Translations under genes and position numbers: made by a program
In this document: one piece after another, positions 30,202 to 40,424 of the stretch
Layout: every line of letters starts with the position of its first letter
Numbering within the stretch: the first letter of the stretch is position 1
The notes under the pieces: model-generated
The model's input: the letters and a program-made list of their open reading frames with translations, nothing else
Told to the model about the DNA's origin: nothing
Database searches by the model: none
Source of the DNA: a virus
Lineage: Duplodnaviria > Caudoviricetes
Strand: one strand, 5' to 3'
DNA: 64,000 nucleotides
IMG/VR virus record: IMGVR_UViG_3300028048_002144

Positions 30202-30999
30202 TTAAATAGATGCGTAATGTGTTCCTTCTACTTTTACTGAGTAGTAAGTTTTTTTCTCTCCATCTTTTTCAACGGTATTTGCTGATAGGCCATTTGAATC
30301 AGCTTCAATCAGTCCTAAACGACATTTACCTTTTTCATTCTTCATAAAAGTAATATCTAAATCATTAGATACAGCTCCTTTTTCTCCATCTGAAATGCCA
30401 ACCCAAATATCAGCCAAATTATAAGCGTTTCCACTCTTAAACCATTTTGAGATATGCATTGAAAGACGAGTCTTTCCGTTTTTCTCAGAAGGTACTACAT
30501 ATCCGAAGAAGAAATGCTTTGCTGGCAAGATCTTACCTGTTCCATCACCATTATCAATAGTTGTTTTATTGAATGAAATCTCTGAACCTGGATAATATAC
30601 TTTATTACCGGTATAATTTACATATTCGCCCTGAGATCTGTTAGCAGAAATAGCTACGATATAATTCTCTTTTAACTTCATTTTTAGAAGCTTTTTCATG
30701 AGGCCATCTCTATCCCAAAAACGAACTTTGATTTTTTCTTCAGCTGCTGGTGCAGGAATCTGTACTCCAAGCACTTCATCTGTAACAGTTTTATTCGGAT
30801 CCTTAAATTCAGACGTATTAATTTCAATATCCATCCAACCAGGATATTTTTCATCTACAATTTCATCAAGCGTTGTTGCTCCATTTTCAGTTTTAATACT
30901 TTCAATTTTACCGCACAACAACACTCTTGACTGCTGTAGAGTTGTTCCGTCCTGTTTTACATAAGGGGCTAGTTCTCTTTCAAAAAAATTTACTGACAT
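30202..30999 (-). CDS. Hypothetical protein, possible OB-fold
   Basis: Beta-rich ORF (LCGKI...IKVRFWD) followed by a terminator. Confidence 0.45.
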   Translation of the reverse strand: MSVNFFERELAPYVKQDGTTLQQSRVLLCGKIESIKTENGATTLDEIVDEKYPGWMDIEINTSEFKDPNKTVTDEVLGVQIPAPAAEEKIKVRFWDRDGLMKKLLKMKLKENYIVAISANRSQGEYVNYTGNKVYYPGSEISFNKTTIDNGDGTGKILPAKHFFFGYVVPSEKNGKTRLSMHISKWFKSGNAYNLADIWVGISDGEKGAVSNDLDITFMKNEKGKCRLGLIEADSNGLSANTVEKDGEKKTYYSVKVEGTHYASI

Positions 31000-31544
31000 A
31001 ATTCTTTCTCCTTTTTATTTCTTATTACTTTCTTTGTAAAGTCAGAAAGTCCAAAACTATATGTCTCGTTGTTAAAAAACTCTGTAAAAATTCCCTTTTT
31101 ATATTCAAAACCAATGAATATGTTGTTAGTTTTTACATGATAATTAATGATCTTCCCTTTTCGTGAATAATCTGCTATCTCATAAAACCCTTTAGAGTTT
31201 TTATATAAAATAGCATTATAAAGCGACTCACTTCCGGTAGCGTTTTTTACACGAGTGGATAAATCAATTACCTTTTTACTTTTTACATTAAAAATTTTAT
31301 ACAAACTATTTAAAGCACTATCTGAAACTGGATAAAAGACTTTATCAATCTTGAATACAGCCTTATACTCTCCATTCCAGGGATCTTTGAAATCTTGTTT
31401 TTTATAGATAGGATTGTCTCCTCTATAAATAACTAATCCTTTCTTTATTTCAAAGATATCAGCTTTTTCAATCGGGAAATATTTAAAGAGTTTAATATTT
31501 TCTTCCATGTGTAGAAGAAAATCTTTATAACTCATTCTTCTCAT
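30990..31544 (-). CDS. Hypothetical protein
   Basis: Operonic ORF overlapping the next start. Confidence 0.6.
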   Translation of the reverse strand: MRRMSYKDFLLHMEENIKLFKYFPIEKADIFEIKKGLVIYRGDNPIYKKQDFKDPWNGEYKAVFKIDKVFYPVSDSALNSLYKIFNVKSKKVIDLSTRVKNATGSESLYNAILYKNSKGFYEIADYSRKGKIINYHVKTNNIFIGFEYKKGIFTEFFNNETYSFGLSDFTKKVIRNKKEKELCQ

Positions 31545-31552
31545 TATTTCTC

Positions 31553-32422
31553 CTATTCTAGTGGTTTAATTTCCTGGGTATTTCTATCGAAGATAAAGAG
31601 ATGTTTTGATATTGCTGTATGTTCATTAATACTGAACTGCATAAAAGCACTTTTAGCCTTATAAATATCTCTTGGATCATATTTCTGAATACATACATAA
31701 TCTGAGCAAACTGGAATAATTACTAGATCACCATTAAGATAATCTGCCAGGTCTTTGAGCTTATCAGTATAAAACATACAGAAAGCACCAAAAGTACGAT
31801 ATGAATTAGTCGCAATAAACATTACATCTTTCATACCATCAATATCCCAAATTTCGTTTTCAAGTGTTTCATTATCTATTTCATCATCATCCAATTTATC
31901 AGCAACCATTTCCATTTCTACAGCTGCAGAATTGATAATAGGTGGTAACAACTTACGAGTATTCTTTTTAGCACATTCATAAAGGGCATTTTCTGTCTGT
32001 CCCCAATGTTCAAGATCCTCATGTGTAATATCAGCTACTACGAAATCTTCAGACTCATTTATCCATAAAATCTTATAGATAATTGGAATATCATAAAACA
32101 TTCTATGTGGGATTAAGGCTAAATCCAAATTCCCATCACTCACAGTCATAATGATATTATTTTTAATACCATCAAAATTCTCTGATAATCTAACCATGTC
32201 AATAAATTCAATAAGTTTACTGGTACAGTATTCAACAATATCTTCCTCTGAAATAGGCAAATTGTGACACGACATGAAAAATGATTCCATCATAAATGGC
32301 TTATCAATACGATTTCCATTGTCATCTTTTGCATATATACAGTTATCATCAACTTCGAAACATCCAGGTCTTTCCTTTTTTAGTTCTTCTACAATTTTCT
32401 TTTCAAAGCTTTTATAAGTCAT
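31553..32422 (-). CDS. DUF5688-like protein
   Basis: M.Y..F...I; IPHRMFYDIPIIY; WG...LYECAKKNT; MFIATN...FGA; DLVIIP. Confidence 0.65.
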   Translation of the reverse strand: MTYKSFEKKIVEELKKERPGCFEVDDNCIYAKDDNGNRIDKPFMMESFFMSCHNLPISEEDIVEYCTSKLIEFIDMVRLSENFDGIKNNIIMTVSDGNLDLALIPHRMFYDIPIIYKILWINESEDFVVADITHEDLEHWGQTENALYECAKKNTRKLLPPIINSAAVEMEMVADKLDDDEIDNETLENEIWDIDGMKDVMFIATNSYRTFGAFCMFYTDKLKDLADYLNGDLVIIPVCSDYVCIQKYDPRDIYKAKSAFMQFSINEHTAISKHLFIFDRNTQEIKPLE

Positions 32423-32610
32423 ACATTCTCCTTTCTTTTTAAAAAGCTAATTAGAATATGAAAGATTTTTTAAACAAATTAAGCTAATTTAATTTTGCTC
32501 GTGTTTCAAATAGCTTTTAGTAAACTAAAGGTTATTATCTATATTCTACGCTGTAAGAAAACATAAAAATACCCTCTTTACTTATTATTTTGTAAAGAGG
32601 GTACTATTAT

Positions 32611-33402
32611 TTACTCTTCTGCATCTTCTGTAGCGTCAATCGTCTTTTTATAGTTTTTCAGGTATTCAGTTGCAAATGGGACAATTTCCATAGCATTGTC
32701 TCTCCATTCGTATTCTTTACCACAATCTGGGCATGTAGTTCTTCTCGTGAAAGAACGGGCCTGTATATAACCATCAATAAGAATTTCAGCACCCTTCTGT
32801 AAATGCTCCAGATCTTTATCTGCGTTTTTGCCATAAGATTTAACCCAAGGATAATCTGTATCGACATCATCATTCTGATTTTTAAGACGATATTTTCTCG
32901 GTACAGCTATCTGATACTGACAAATACTACCTATCTTCTTATTGACGATTTTAACCTTTTCTGGTTCGGTACATAAGTCTCCAATAATTTTAATATTATT
33001 AGACACTTCTTTTAAAGAATGGAGCATATCAATTGCCTGATCTTTGGTCTTGCATGATTTGATTTTTAATATATTAATAGGCTCAATATATACAATCGTT
33101 CCAGGGGTTGAAAATTCTTTTCCGCATTCTGGGCAAATTGTAGTTTTATTGATTGTTTTAGTTACTAATACGCCCTTAATCTGGATAATATCATTTTCTT
33201 CTATTTCTGCAAGCTGGTTAACTATATCTGTATCCTTAGTCATTACTAACGGAGAGTCTAATCTATTCTTCTTATCATTATCTTCTACTTCTCTATCGCT
33301 TCTTATAACTAAAAGCTGTGTTGTGCCCATAGACATATCTTCTGCAATCCTTGGATCATGCATGTTTATACCCTGTAGAATAACATCATTAAATCTTGCC
33401 AT
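32611..33402 (-). CDS. ssb: Tandem OB-fold single-stranded DNA-binding protein with Zn-ribbon inserts
   Basis: Two repeats (NDVILQG / NNIKIIG, TDYPWVKSYGKNA, GYIQARSF), each carrying CPxCG. Confidence 0.7.
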   Translation of the reverse strand: MARFNDVILQGINMHDPRIAEDMSMGTTQLLVIRSDREVEDNDKKNRLDSPLVMTKDTDIVNQLAEIEENDIIQIKGVLVTKTINKTTICPECGKEFSTPGTIVYIEPINILKIKSCKTKDQAIDMLHSLKEVSNNIKIIGDLCTEPEKVKIVNKKIGSICQYQIAVPRKYRLKNQNDDVDTDYPWVKSYGKNADKDLEHLQKGAEILIDGYIQARSFTRRTTCPDCGKEYEWRDNAMEIVPFATEYLKNYKKTIDATEDAEE

Positions 33403-33490
33403 TTTTATACCTCGTTAAAATGTATTATAAAATTACTTTCATCTATAAGAAATATGACAGATACCAATTTTTAGGTATCTGCCACACGAG

Positions 33491-34219
33491 TCATCTTACA
33501 TAGAAGTATTTTAAATCGTCTAATCTTAAACAACATAGTCTTCCTAATCCGTTCATTTTATGTGTTTTTTCAAAAGGTATCCTAGCACATCCACAATCTA
33601 TATTTATATAATGCCCTTTGCATCCATGAAACAGACATGTTTCTCTATGTGAATTAACTAAAGGACTTATAGAATGCCCTGCGATTACGGTTTGATGTTT
33701 TCGCTTTTTAAACGAATCAAAACAGCGAACTTCTGAGAAGGGATAATTTCTTTCCCAGAGAGCAGTATGTATATCATCACTATTTAAGTCTTTTATAGTT
33801 TTGATTTCATCATCTTCTATATCTATTGGTGATGAGTGGATTAAGTAATAATCTTTATTATTAACCGTTATTTTAGGAATCACAATCGGCATATTTTCGA
33901 TATAGTCTAAAACACATTCTTTAAGATTATCCGGTAAATCTTCATATTGATCCATAGTAGTTGTTCCACCATTAGATAACCAGAGCATAAAATCTTCTCC
34001 GAAGGCATAGACTTTATACATCATATATTCATGATTCCCCATTAAGCATGTGATATTTGAGAATTTCATTATATAAAGTAACATATCAATAGATTGTGGT
34101 CCCCTATCAATAACGTCACCTATGATATATAAAGTATCATTATTAGTGAAATTTATCGTTTTAAGCATTTTTTTAAATAACTCAAATTGTCCATGTATAT
34201 CTGACATTACATATACCAT
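33491..34219 (-). CDS. PPP-family metallophosphoesterase (lambda/PrpA-like Ser/Thr phosphatase)
   Basis: SDIHG, GDVIDRG, GNHE, AGHS and NIDCG. Confidence 0.88.
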   Translation of the reverse strand: MVYVMSDIHGQFELFKKMLKTINFTNNDTLYIIGDVIDRGPQSIDMLLYIMKFSNITCLMGNHEYMMYKVYAFGEDFMLWLSNGGTTTMDQYEDLPDNLKECVLDYIENMPIVIPKITVNNKDYYLIHSSPIDIEDDEIKTIKDLNSDDIHTALWERNYPFSEVRCFDSFKKRKHQTVIAGHSISPLVNSHRETCLFHGCKGHYINIDCGCARIPFEKTHKMNGLGRLCCLRLDDLKYFYVR

Positions 34220-34231
34220 AGGAAGTCCTTT

Positions 34232-34597
34232 CTAAAATGTTTTGTCAGACATATGTAATTCTTCCAAATTACCCTGTCTAACAGTTATTGCTCGTGATAT
34301 AGCTTGATATGATAGTTTTAATGAAGATATTATATCGTTTACTGCATCTCTTTTATCCATAAGAATAGTTTTCTCTTCTTTATTTCCTAACCTTGCAGCT
34401 TCATGTACTTCTCTTCGTAAAAACATCAGCAAAGTATTCAGGTACTGATAATTTCTGGCACAAATTAGCATGACCTTTGCAGCTTCTTCAGCTTCCTCTA
34501 TAGTTTCTATATGTACAGGAATATTTACAGAGAATTCTTTAATAAGATATTCAAAGAAATCTATGTTATCCATATTAATTAATTTGTCCATTCTCAT
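34232..34597 (-). CDS. Hypothetical helical protein
   Basis: Probable start MRMDK at 34597 behind GGAAGGTG. Confidence 0.55.
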   Translation of the reverse strand: MRMDKLINMDNIDFFEYLIKEFSVNIPVHIETIEEAEEAAKVMLICARNYQYLNTLLMFLRREVHEAARLGNKEEKTILMDKRDAVNDIISSLKLSYQAISRAITVRQGNLEELHMSDKTF

Positions 34598-34610
34598 ATA
34601 AACACCTTCC

Positions 34611-37064
34611 TTATACAGACATCTCTTGATAATCCTGGGCAATAGACAGATTAAGTGACGTATATCTGGTTCCACCATTTATGTTATTAATAGCAGTCTG
34701 GAAAGCCCATCTATTTCCGATCATATAACATTTTTCTTTTGCTCTTGTAATTCCCGTATAGAGAGTTTTCCTTGATAGCAATATAAAATCACTCTTTTCA
34801 AGTAAGCAAAATACACATTTGAACTGAGAGCCCTGGGACTTATGATATGTAAGAGCATAAGCTAAATCTAGCTGCTTAATCTCTTTCTTTGTGTAATTAA
34901 CTACCTTATCATCATCAAATTTAACGGTTGCATCTCCAGAGAAAGGATCTAAATATGTTATAGTTCCAGTTTCTCCATTAAAGGCATTAATATCATAGTT
35001 ATTTGTAGTCTGATATACTCTATCTCCAGTTCTTAACACTTTTCTATCAGCTATATTAATTAAATACTCACTCTTTTCTGGCGATTGTGGGTTTACAATT
35101 CTTTGTAATGTCTTATTTAAAGAAGCTACACCAGTTAAATTCTTCTTCATTGGAGTCAATATAATTATTTCTGATAATGGATAATTTTTTAGTGCTTCTT
35201 TATATAATTCTATAGTTTTTCGATAAGTAATATCTGGAGTGTAGCTCCACCATGTTTTGAAGTTATAGTCATTTGTAATAGCTTGTGTCTGCGCTCCTTC
35301 ATTTACTAATTTAGCATTCGCTTCAATAGAACCAAAATTTCTATGTGAAGTAATAAGTCTTGATGTAGGGATAACATCTGAATCAATCATGTCTTTTAAT
35401 ACTTCACCAGCACTTACTGAAGGTAACTGATCTGGATCTCCTACAAATACAAACTGCGCTTTTTTAGTTGAAGTTATAAGTTTAGTAAAATCTTTTAAAC
35501 CTACCATAGAAGTTTCATCTAAAATAATAATAGTATTGTCTGTAGTTAGAGTTCCACTTTTCTTTTTTAATTCAATCAAAAATCTAGCAACAGTATAAGC
35601 TTCATGGTTAGTCGCTTCTTTCATTCTTTTCGCAGCCTTACCAGTAGGTGCAAGCAAATATACATGAGAATCATCATCTTCCCATGCGTACAAAATAGCC
35701 TTAATAATAGATGTCTTTCCTCTTCCTGGGCCACCAGTAATAAGAGATATTCTATTATCTACAGATGTATATATAGCTTCTACTTGTTCTTTATCTAATT
35801 TTATAACTCTTCCGTCTACGCTTTCCTCTTCTTCTACTCGCTTGATAGCATTTTCGATTTTAGAGTCTTCTATATCTTTTAATTTTCCTTCTTCTAAAAG
35901 ATCTACGATAGTTATAGATACTCTGATTTCGCTTAAATAAAGACCCTTTTCATAAATACCTAAAGAACCATCATCAAATTTTCTAACAACAATTATTTTG
36001 TCTCGATTTTCTTCGGACATTAATTCATTTAATGTCGTTCTTATATTCTTATCTTCTGTAAAATAAGACTTCTCGTTAATGATTTTATTAAATATATTCT
36101 CAAATGAGTGTCTTTTTAAGATATACTGATTCAATGTTTCTATTTCTTCATCAGTAAATTTGTTTTCTTTGATATATTTATTTTTAGAAGTAGTGTTATC
36201 CCATTTGATAATAATATTAGACATCTTTCTTTTATGGTTTACTACAATATCTCTTAGAGTAGACTTATCCCATTCTGGAGTATCTGTAGGTACACCAGAA
36301 GCCTTGAAAACATCCATATACAAAATATCTTTTAAGGTCTGAGGAGCCAATATAATCTCTAATACTGCGTTTTTTAAGTCTTCTATAGTCATATAACAAC
36401 TACCATCTTGTTCAGAAGACTGTTTTAATACGTATGATGTTGCTGCTAAAATTCTTTCTGGAGAATCGTACTGCATACCAGCTTTTCTCGCTAAAGAATC
36501 AGCTTTTAAAAAACCAAATCTAGGTAAATCATATATAAGTTTATATGGGTTATCCTGTAAGATTTCTTGCGCTTTGTTTTTATATTTTGCGTAAATCGTT
36601 TCAGCCTGTTTTGTTGTGATATTACCTTTAGTTACGTAATATATTGGATATAAATTCTTATATTTATGGTACTCTTTTGTAATTCGTTCAGCCTGGGTTT
36701 CATTCAAACCGATCTTGGCATTAACAAGCATATCCTTATCTTTCATGAACTTATTGAAATTAAGTCCATATGCATCAATTAGCTTTCTAGCCGCAGTTTC
36801 TCCAATTCCAGAGAAGAAATCTGAACTAATAAAATTAATTACTGTATATCTCATATCTGAGGTATTAATAATAATTTTTAATGCTTCAAATTCTTTTTCT
36901 TCTTTATTGAATTCACCCTCAGCAACGAACTCAAAACCACAAACACAAGTAGGGAAAATACCCTTTACAGATATTTTCCCTATGCTTGTAGATGCATTTA
37001 CTATGGCATAATTTTTAGTACCCATATATGTTATTCTTGTGATAACACCAGTTATTTTTTCCAT
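34611..37064 (-). CDS. recD2: RecD2-like SF1B helicase
   Basis: GGPGRGKT, APTGKAAKR, DETSM, GDPDQLPSV, YALTYHKSQGS and LYTGITRAK; N-terminal GIG/NPY HhH region. Confidence 0.9.
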   Translation of the reverse strand: MEKITGVITRITYMGTKNYAIVNASTSIGKISVKGIFPTCVCGFEFVAEGEFNKEEKEFEALKIIINTSDMRYTVINFISSDFFSGIGETAARKLIDAYGLNFNKFMKDKDMLVNAKIGLNETQAERITKEYHKYKNLYPIYYVTKGNITTKQAETIYAKYKNKAQEILQDNPYKLIYDLPRFGFLKADSLARKAGMQYDSPERILAATSYVLKQSSEQDGSCYMTIEDLKNAVLEIILAPQTLKDILYMDVFKASGVPTDTPEWDKSTLRDIVVNHKRKMSNIIIKWDNTTSKNKYIKENKFTDEEIETLNQYILKRHSFENIFNKIINEKSYFTEDKNIRTTLNELMSEENRDKIIVVRKFDDGSLGIYEKGLYLSEIRVSITIVDLLEEGKLKDIEDSKIENAIKRVEEEESVDGRVIKLDKEQVEAIYTSVDNRISLITGGPGRGKTSIIKAILYAWEDDDSHVYLLAPTGKAAKRMKEATNHEAYTVARFLIELKKKSGTLTTDNTIIILDETSMVGLKDFTKLITSTKKAQFVFVGDPDQLPSVSAGEVLKDMIDSDVIPTSRLITSHRNFGSIEANAKLVNEGAQTQAITNDYNFKTWWSYTPDITYRKTIELYKEALKNYPLSEIIILTPMKKNLTGVASLNKTLQRIVNPQSPEKSEYLINIADRKVLRTGDRVYQTTNNYDINAFNGETGTITYLDPFSGDATVKFDDDKVVNYTKKEIKQLDLAYALTYHKSQGSQFKCVFCLLEKSDFILLSRKTLYTGITRAKEKCYMIGNRWAFQTAINNINGGTRYTSLNLSIAQDYQEMSV

Positions 37065-37138
37065 CTTTTATCATCCTTTCGAAGACAAATAATGTCCTAT
37101 ATATAATATGACTTGAGATAGACGTTTTTGGGCTTTTC

Positions 37139-39205
37139 TTATGCATTTTTTTCTAATAATTTTGAGAGATATGTATATCGTTTCTTTGGCATTGTTAAGA
37201 TAGCCTTTTTTAATAATCCTGGTGTTTCCATGATTATTACTTGCTTTTTTGCTCGTGTAACAGCAGTATATAATAACTGCTTATTTATCATATTTATTGA
37301 TTCTGGCGTTAATATAATTATCACGGAATCATATTCCTGACCTTGTGATTTATGTACAGTAATCGAATATGCTAGTTTAATATCTTTTAGATCCTTTTTG
37401 TTAATGAATAAGTCCTTGTTTAAGAACTTAACATATATACCATCATAATCTATAGACACAATCTTACCCATATCTCCATTTATATAGCCTACTGTATAAT
37501 TGTTTTCAGTGGCGATAATCATATCTCCTAGATGAAATTCGGTACTTCCAAAAGGAATACTGTCTGGGCATATCTTCTTAGTTTCTAACAATCTCTCCTG
37601 TATTATTTTATTGATATAGTTACAACCACTAATATGTTTATTTATAGGAGTAAGTATTTCTGAATTATCTGTATAAAATGAAGATGATAGTTCTACTATA
37701 CTGTTTGTATCCGGCATAGTATATACCTCAAAATCAGCGCAATTTGTAGGCAAATTCGTATCTCCGTTATTTATCTTATAACTTATATCTATAATATTAG
37801 AATCCTCTGTTTGCCTATATGTATGCGTTAATTTGTATACTTCCAAATCTGAAGAGATTAAGTCCTCTAGTATCTTCCCTGGTCCGATAGCTGGTAACTG
37901 GTCTACATCACCTATCAAAATAAGTGTAGAGTTATTTGGTATGCTGTTAAAAAGAACTTCGGCTAAATCAAGAGATAACATAGATGCTTCGTCTATAATA
38001 TATATCTTCTGATCTAGTTTTTGTGTAGCTAGAAGTTCATCATTATTTTCATACGGAATAATCTTTAATAATTTATTCAATGTATATGCTGGCAATCCAG
38101 TTTTAATAGACATATTCTGTGCAGCATTTCCCGTAGGAGATGCGAGGGCAATATCATCTAAAACATACCCAGTTCTTAAATAATAGTCTAATATAAGCTT
38201 TGTGATGGTTGTTTTGCCCGTTCCAGGGCCGCCAGTAATGACTTTTATGCCTTTTGAACTAATAGCCCCTAGAATAGCCGAATACTGGCTCTCAGAAGGT
38301 TTAAAATCGCCTATTACATTATTAAGAATATCTATGTTAATTTCTGTTTTTTCATTTTGTGACTTTAATCTATGGATATTTCTCGCAATAGACTTTTCCT
38401 TATAATAAGTCTTTTTAAAAAATATCTTATCATCAATGATTAGTACGTTTCTATCTAGTTCAGCACATGAGATAATAAACATATACATTCTATAATCAGA
38501 TACTCTTAAAGCTATATCTTTTAAAGTTATATATGTAGATCCAGACGATTCAGCTATATCTAATAGATTCCAAAGCATTCCTCGTGCTCGACATCTTCTA
38601 TATTTTGGTATATTAAACTGATTCGCTAAAGTTAATGCAATTTTGTAATCTACATAAGTAGATTTGCATACCGTAAAAGGATCTTTTTTTAATCTCTCTA
38701 TGGATTTTATTGAATATAGGTTATAGATTTTTTTAGTATCATAATAATTTCCACCAGCAGATGAAATTATGTCGTAAAGTTCTTTTTCGTGAAGTATGAA
38801 TTTTGCTTTCTTATAGATTTTGTGTATATCTTTATGGTATTTTTCATCTAGGTTATATAACAACTCTTTTTCACTAGAAGATGCGTTTATCAGTGAAACG
38901 ATATCTGGATAATCCGTGCATATATTAATACATGTATCGGTATCTAAAATGTCGAATGCAGCCATAAATTTTATAGCATTAGCAGAATCGTTATATAAAA
39001 TAGTATATTCGTTAAAAGCAAAGTATTCTTTACCATTTTTGTCTTTTTTATACGAACCGGTTAACTGTACAGGTGTTTTAGAGATTAAATCCTGGATTTT
39101 GCCTTTACAAAAAATTTTCCCAGAATTTGCACTCATATAAAACCCAGAAAATCCGGTTTCTGCATTTTCATATATCTTATGCTCAAAAAGACCTTCTAAC
39201 TTCAC
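37139..39205 (-). CDS. recD2: RecD2-like SF1B helicase (second paralogue)
   Basis: GGPGTGKT, SPTGNAA, DEASM, GDVDQLPAI, YSITVHKSQGQEY and LYTAVTRAK. Confidence 0.9.
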   Translation of the reverse strand: MKLEGLFEHKIYENAETGFSGFYMSANSGKIFCKGKIQDLISKTPVQLTGSYKKDKNGKEYFAFNEYTILYNDSANAIKFMAAFDILDTDTCINICTDYPDIVSLINASSSEKELLYNLDEKYHKDIHKIYKKAKFILHEKELYDIISSAGGNYYDTKKIYNLYSIKSIERLKKDPFTVCKSTYVDYKIALTLANQFNIPKYRRCRARGMLWNLLDIAESSGSTYITLKDIALRVSDYRMYMFIISCAELDRNVLIIDDKIFFKKTYYKEKSIARNIHRLKSQNEKTEINIDILNNVIGDFKPSESQYSAILGAISSKGIKVITGGPGTGKTTITKLILDYYLRTGYVLDDIALASPTGNAAQNMSIKTGLPAYTLNKLLKIIPYENNDELLATQKLDQKIYIIDEASMLSLDLAEVLFNSIPNNSTLILIGDVDQLPAIGPGKILEDLISSDLEVYKLTHTYRQTEDSNIIDISYKINNGDTNLPTNCADFEVYTMPDTNSIVELSSSFYTDNSEILTPINKHISGCNYINKIIQERLLETKKICPDSIPFGSTEFHLGDMIIATENNYTVGYINGDMGKIVSIDYDGIYVKFLNKDLFINKKDLKDIKLAYSITVHKSQGQEYDSVIIILTPESINMINKQLLYTAVTRAKKQVIIMETPGLLKKAILTMPKKRYTYLSKLLEKNA

Positions 39206-39347
39206 TTATATCTCCTTTAAAATAAAACTATGCATTTTTAATATGACTTGAACTGACTGTTTTTAAGAAGTTTGATGTATAAAATTTTATAAAAAATAAC
39301 GCACCACATAAAGTGATGCGCTATTTGCAATATTTTAAATTCTTATA

Positions 39348-39722
39348 TTACTTATCCAGACCTTTTATATAATCTTCTGGATCTTCAATATTTAATGCAC
39401 TAAACATCTGCTCTTCGTGTTCAGATGGTAGAACGGTCTTGTAACCATTCAATACCTTAACGAATTCAGCAAACAGATTTGGTTTAATATCTTCTTTCAA
39501 AACGAAAGGAGATAACATATCATTTCTGAACCCAGCATATACATATTTAGGCTCTTTTCTTTGTTCCTCTTCATCTACCAACTCTTCGTCTACACAAACT
39601 GAAACAAAAAATGGCATTTTTGCTTTAATACAAGCCTTCTTTAGTTCAATCAGCGCAGGAAGTACATATGTATTGTAATCCTTTAGACGTTCTTTATTTG
39701 TAATATCTAACTTCTTACCCAT
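39348..39722 (-). CDS. Hypothetical protein (par operon)
   Basis: Operonic ORF with AAAGGA RBS. Confidence 0.6.
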   Translation of the reverse strand: MGKKLDITNKERLKDYNTYVLPALIELKKACIKAKMPFFVSVCVDEELVDEEEQRKEPKYVYAGFRNDMLSPFVLKEDIKPNLFAEFVKVLNGYKTVLPSEHEEQMFSALNIEDPEDYIKGLDK

Positions 39723-39734
39723 TTATATTCCTTT

Positions 39735-40391
39735 CTAAAACATAGCATTTAATGAGTCTACACTACCAAATAAATCAAAATCATCATCATTTTCTTTTGG
39801 TTTAGGCATAACTGCAGCTTCCGTTACAGTAGGTTTTACTGGAGTTTCAACCTTTGCTTTTACTTTTGGTGATTCAGACTCTTTTTTCTGTTCTTTTTGC
39901 TCTTTTTGTTCTTTTAATTTTTTTAGCTCTTTATCTTCTTTTTTAGGAGTGATCTTCTTCTTTTTCTTATCAAACTTTTTCGGAATAGGTGGTTCCACCT
40001 TTATTTCTGTCTTGTCTGCTTCTGAATTTAGAATATCATTAACATTAGAATCAAGTTCTTTAAGACAAATAAAAGCATAATTCCCAACTAAAGATCCTCG
40101 TAATACAGATTTACAAAAAGCATTAAACATTTTAGGCTTAATGTTATCTAAAAAAGCAATTAGTTCTTTGTCTGTCTCTTCGTCTAAATATAAAAAACAC
40201 TGATATGCATATTTGAATTCGAAATTATTCATTTCTTTAGGGATATCTGGTGTTTTATATTTAATAGGCTGATTATTCATATAGGCATACAAAGAACGTT
40301 TAAGAGCCTTCTGAAAATTGAAATTTTTATTTTTATATAAGACCAATAAATCCATATCATGTCTTCTATAAAGTCGAATTGTCTTTTTCAT
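39735..40391 (-). CDS. Candidate ParR-like partition adaptor
   Basis: Directly downstream of the ParM-like gene; basic beta-helix-helix-like N-terminus and K/E-rich disordered tail. The call rests on context. Confidence 0.4.
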   Translation of the reverse strand: MKKTIRLYRRHDMDLLVLYKNKNFNFQKALKRSLYAYMNNQPIKYKTPDIPKEMNNFEFKYAYQCFLYLDEETDKELIAFLDNIKPKMFNAFCKSVLRGSLVGNYAFICLKELDSNVNDILNSEADKTEIKVEPPIPKKFDKKKKKITPKKEDKELKKLKEQKEQKEQKKESESPKVKAKVETPVKPTVTEAAVMPKPKENDDDFDLFGSVDSLNAMF

Positions 40392-40424
40392 ATATACATA
40401 CCTCTAAAAAGAAGATAGGTTTCC

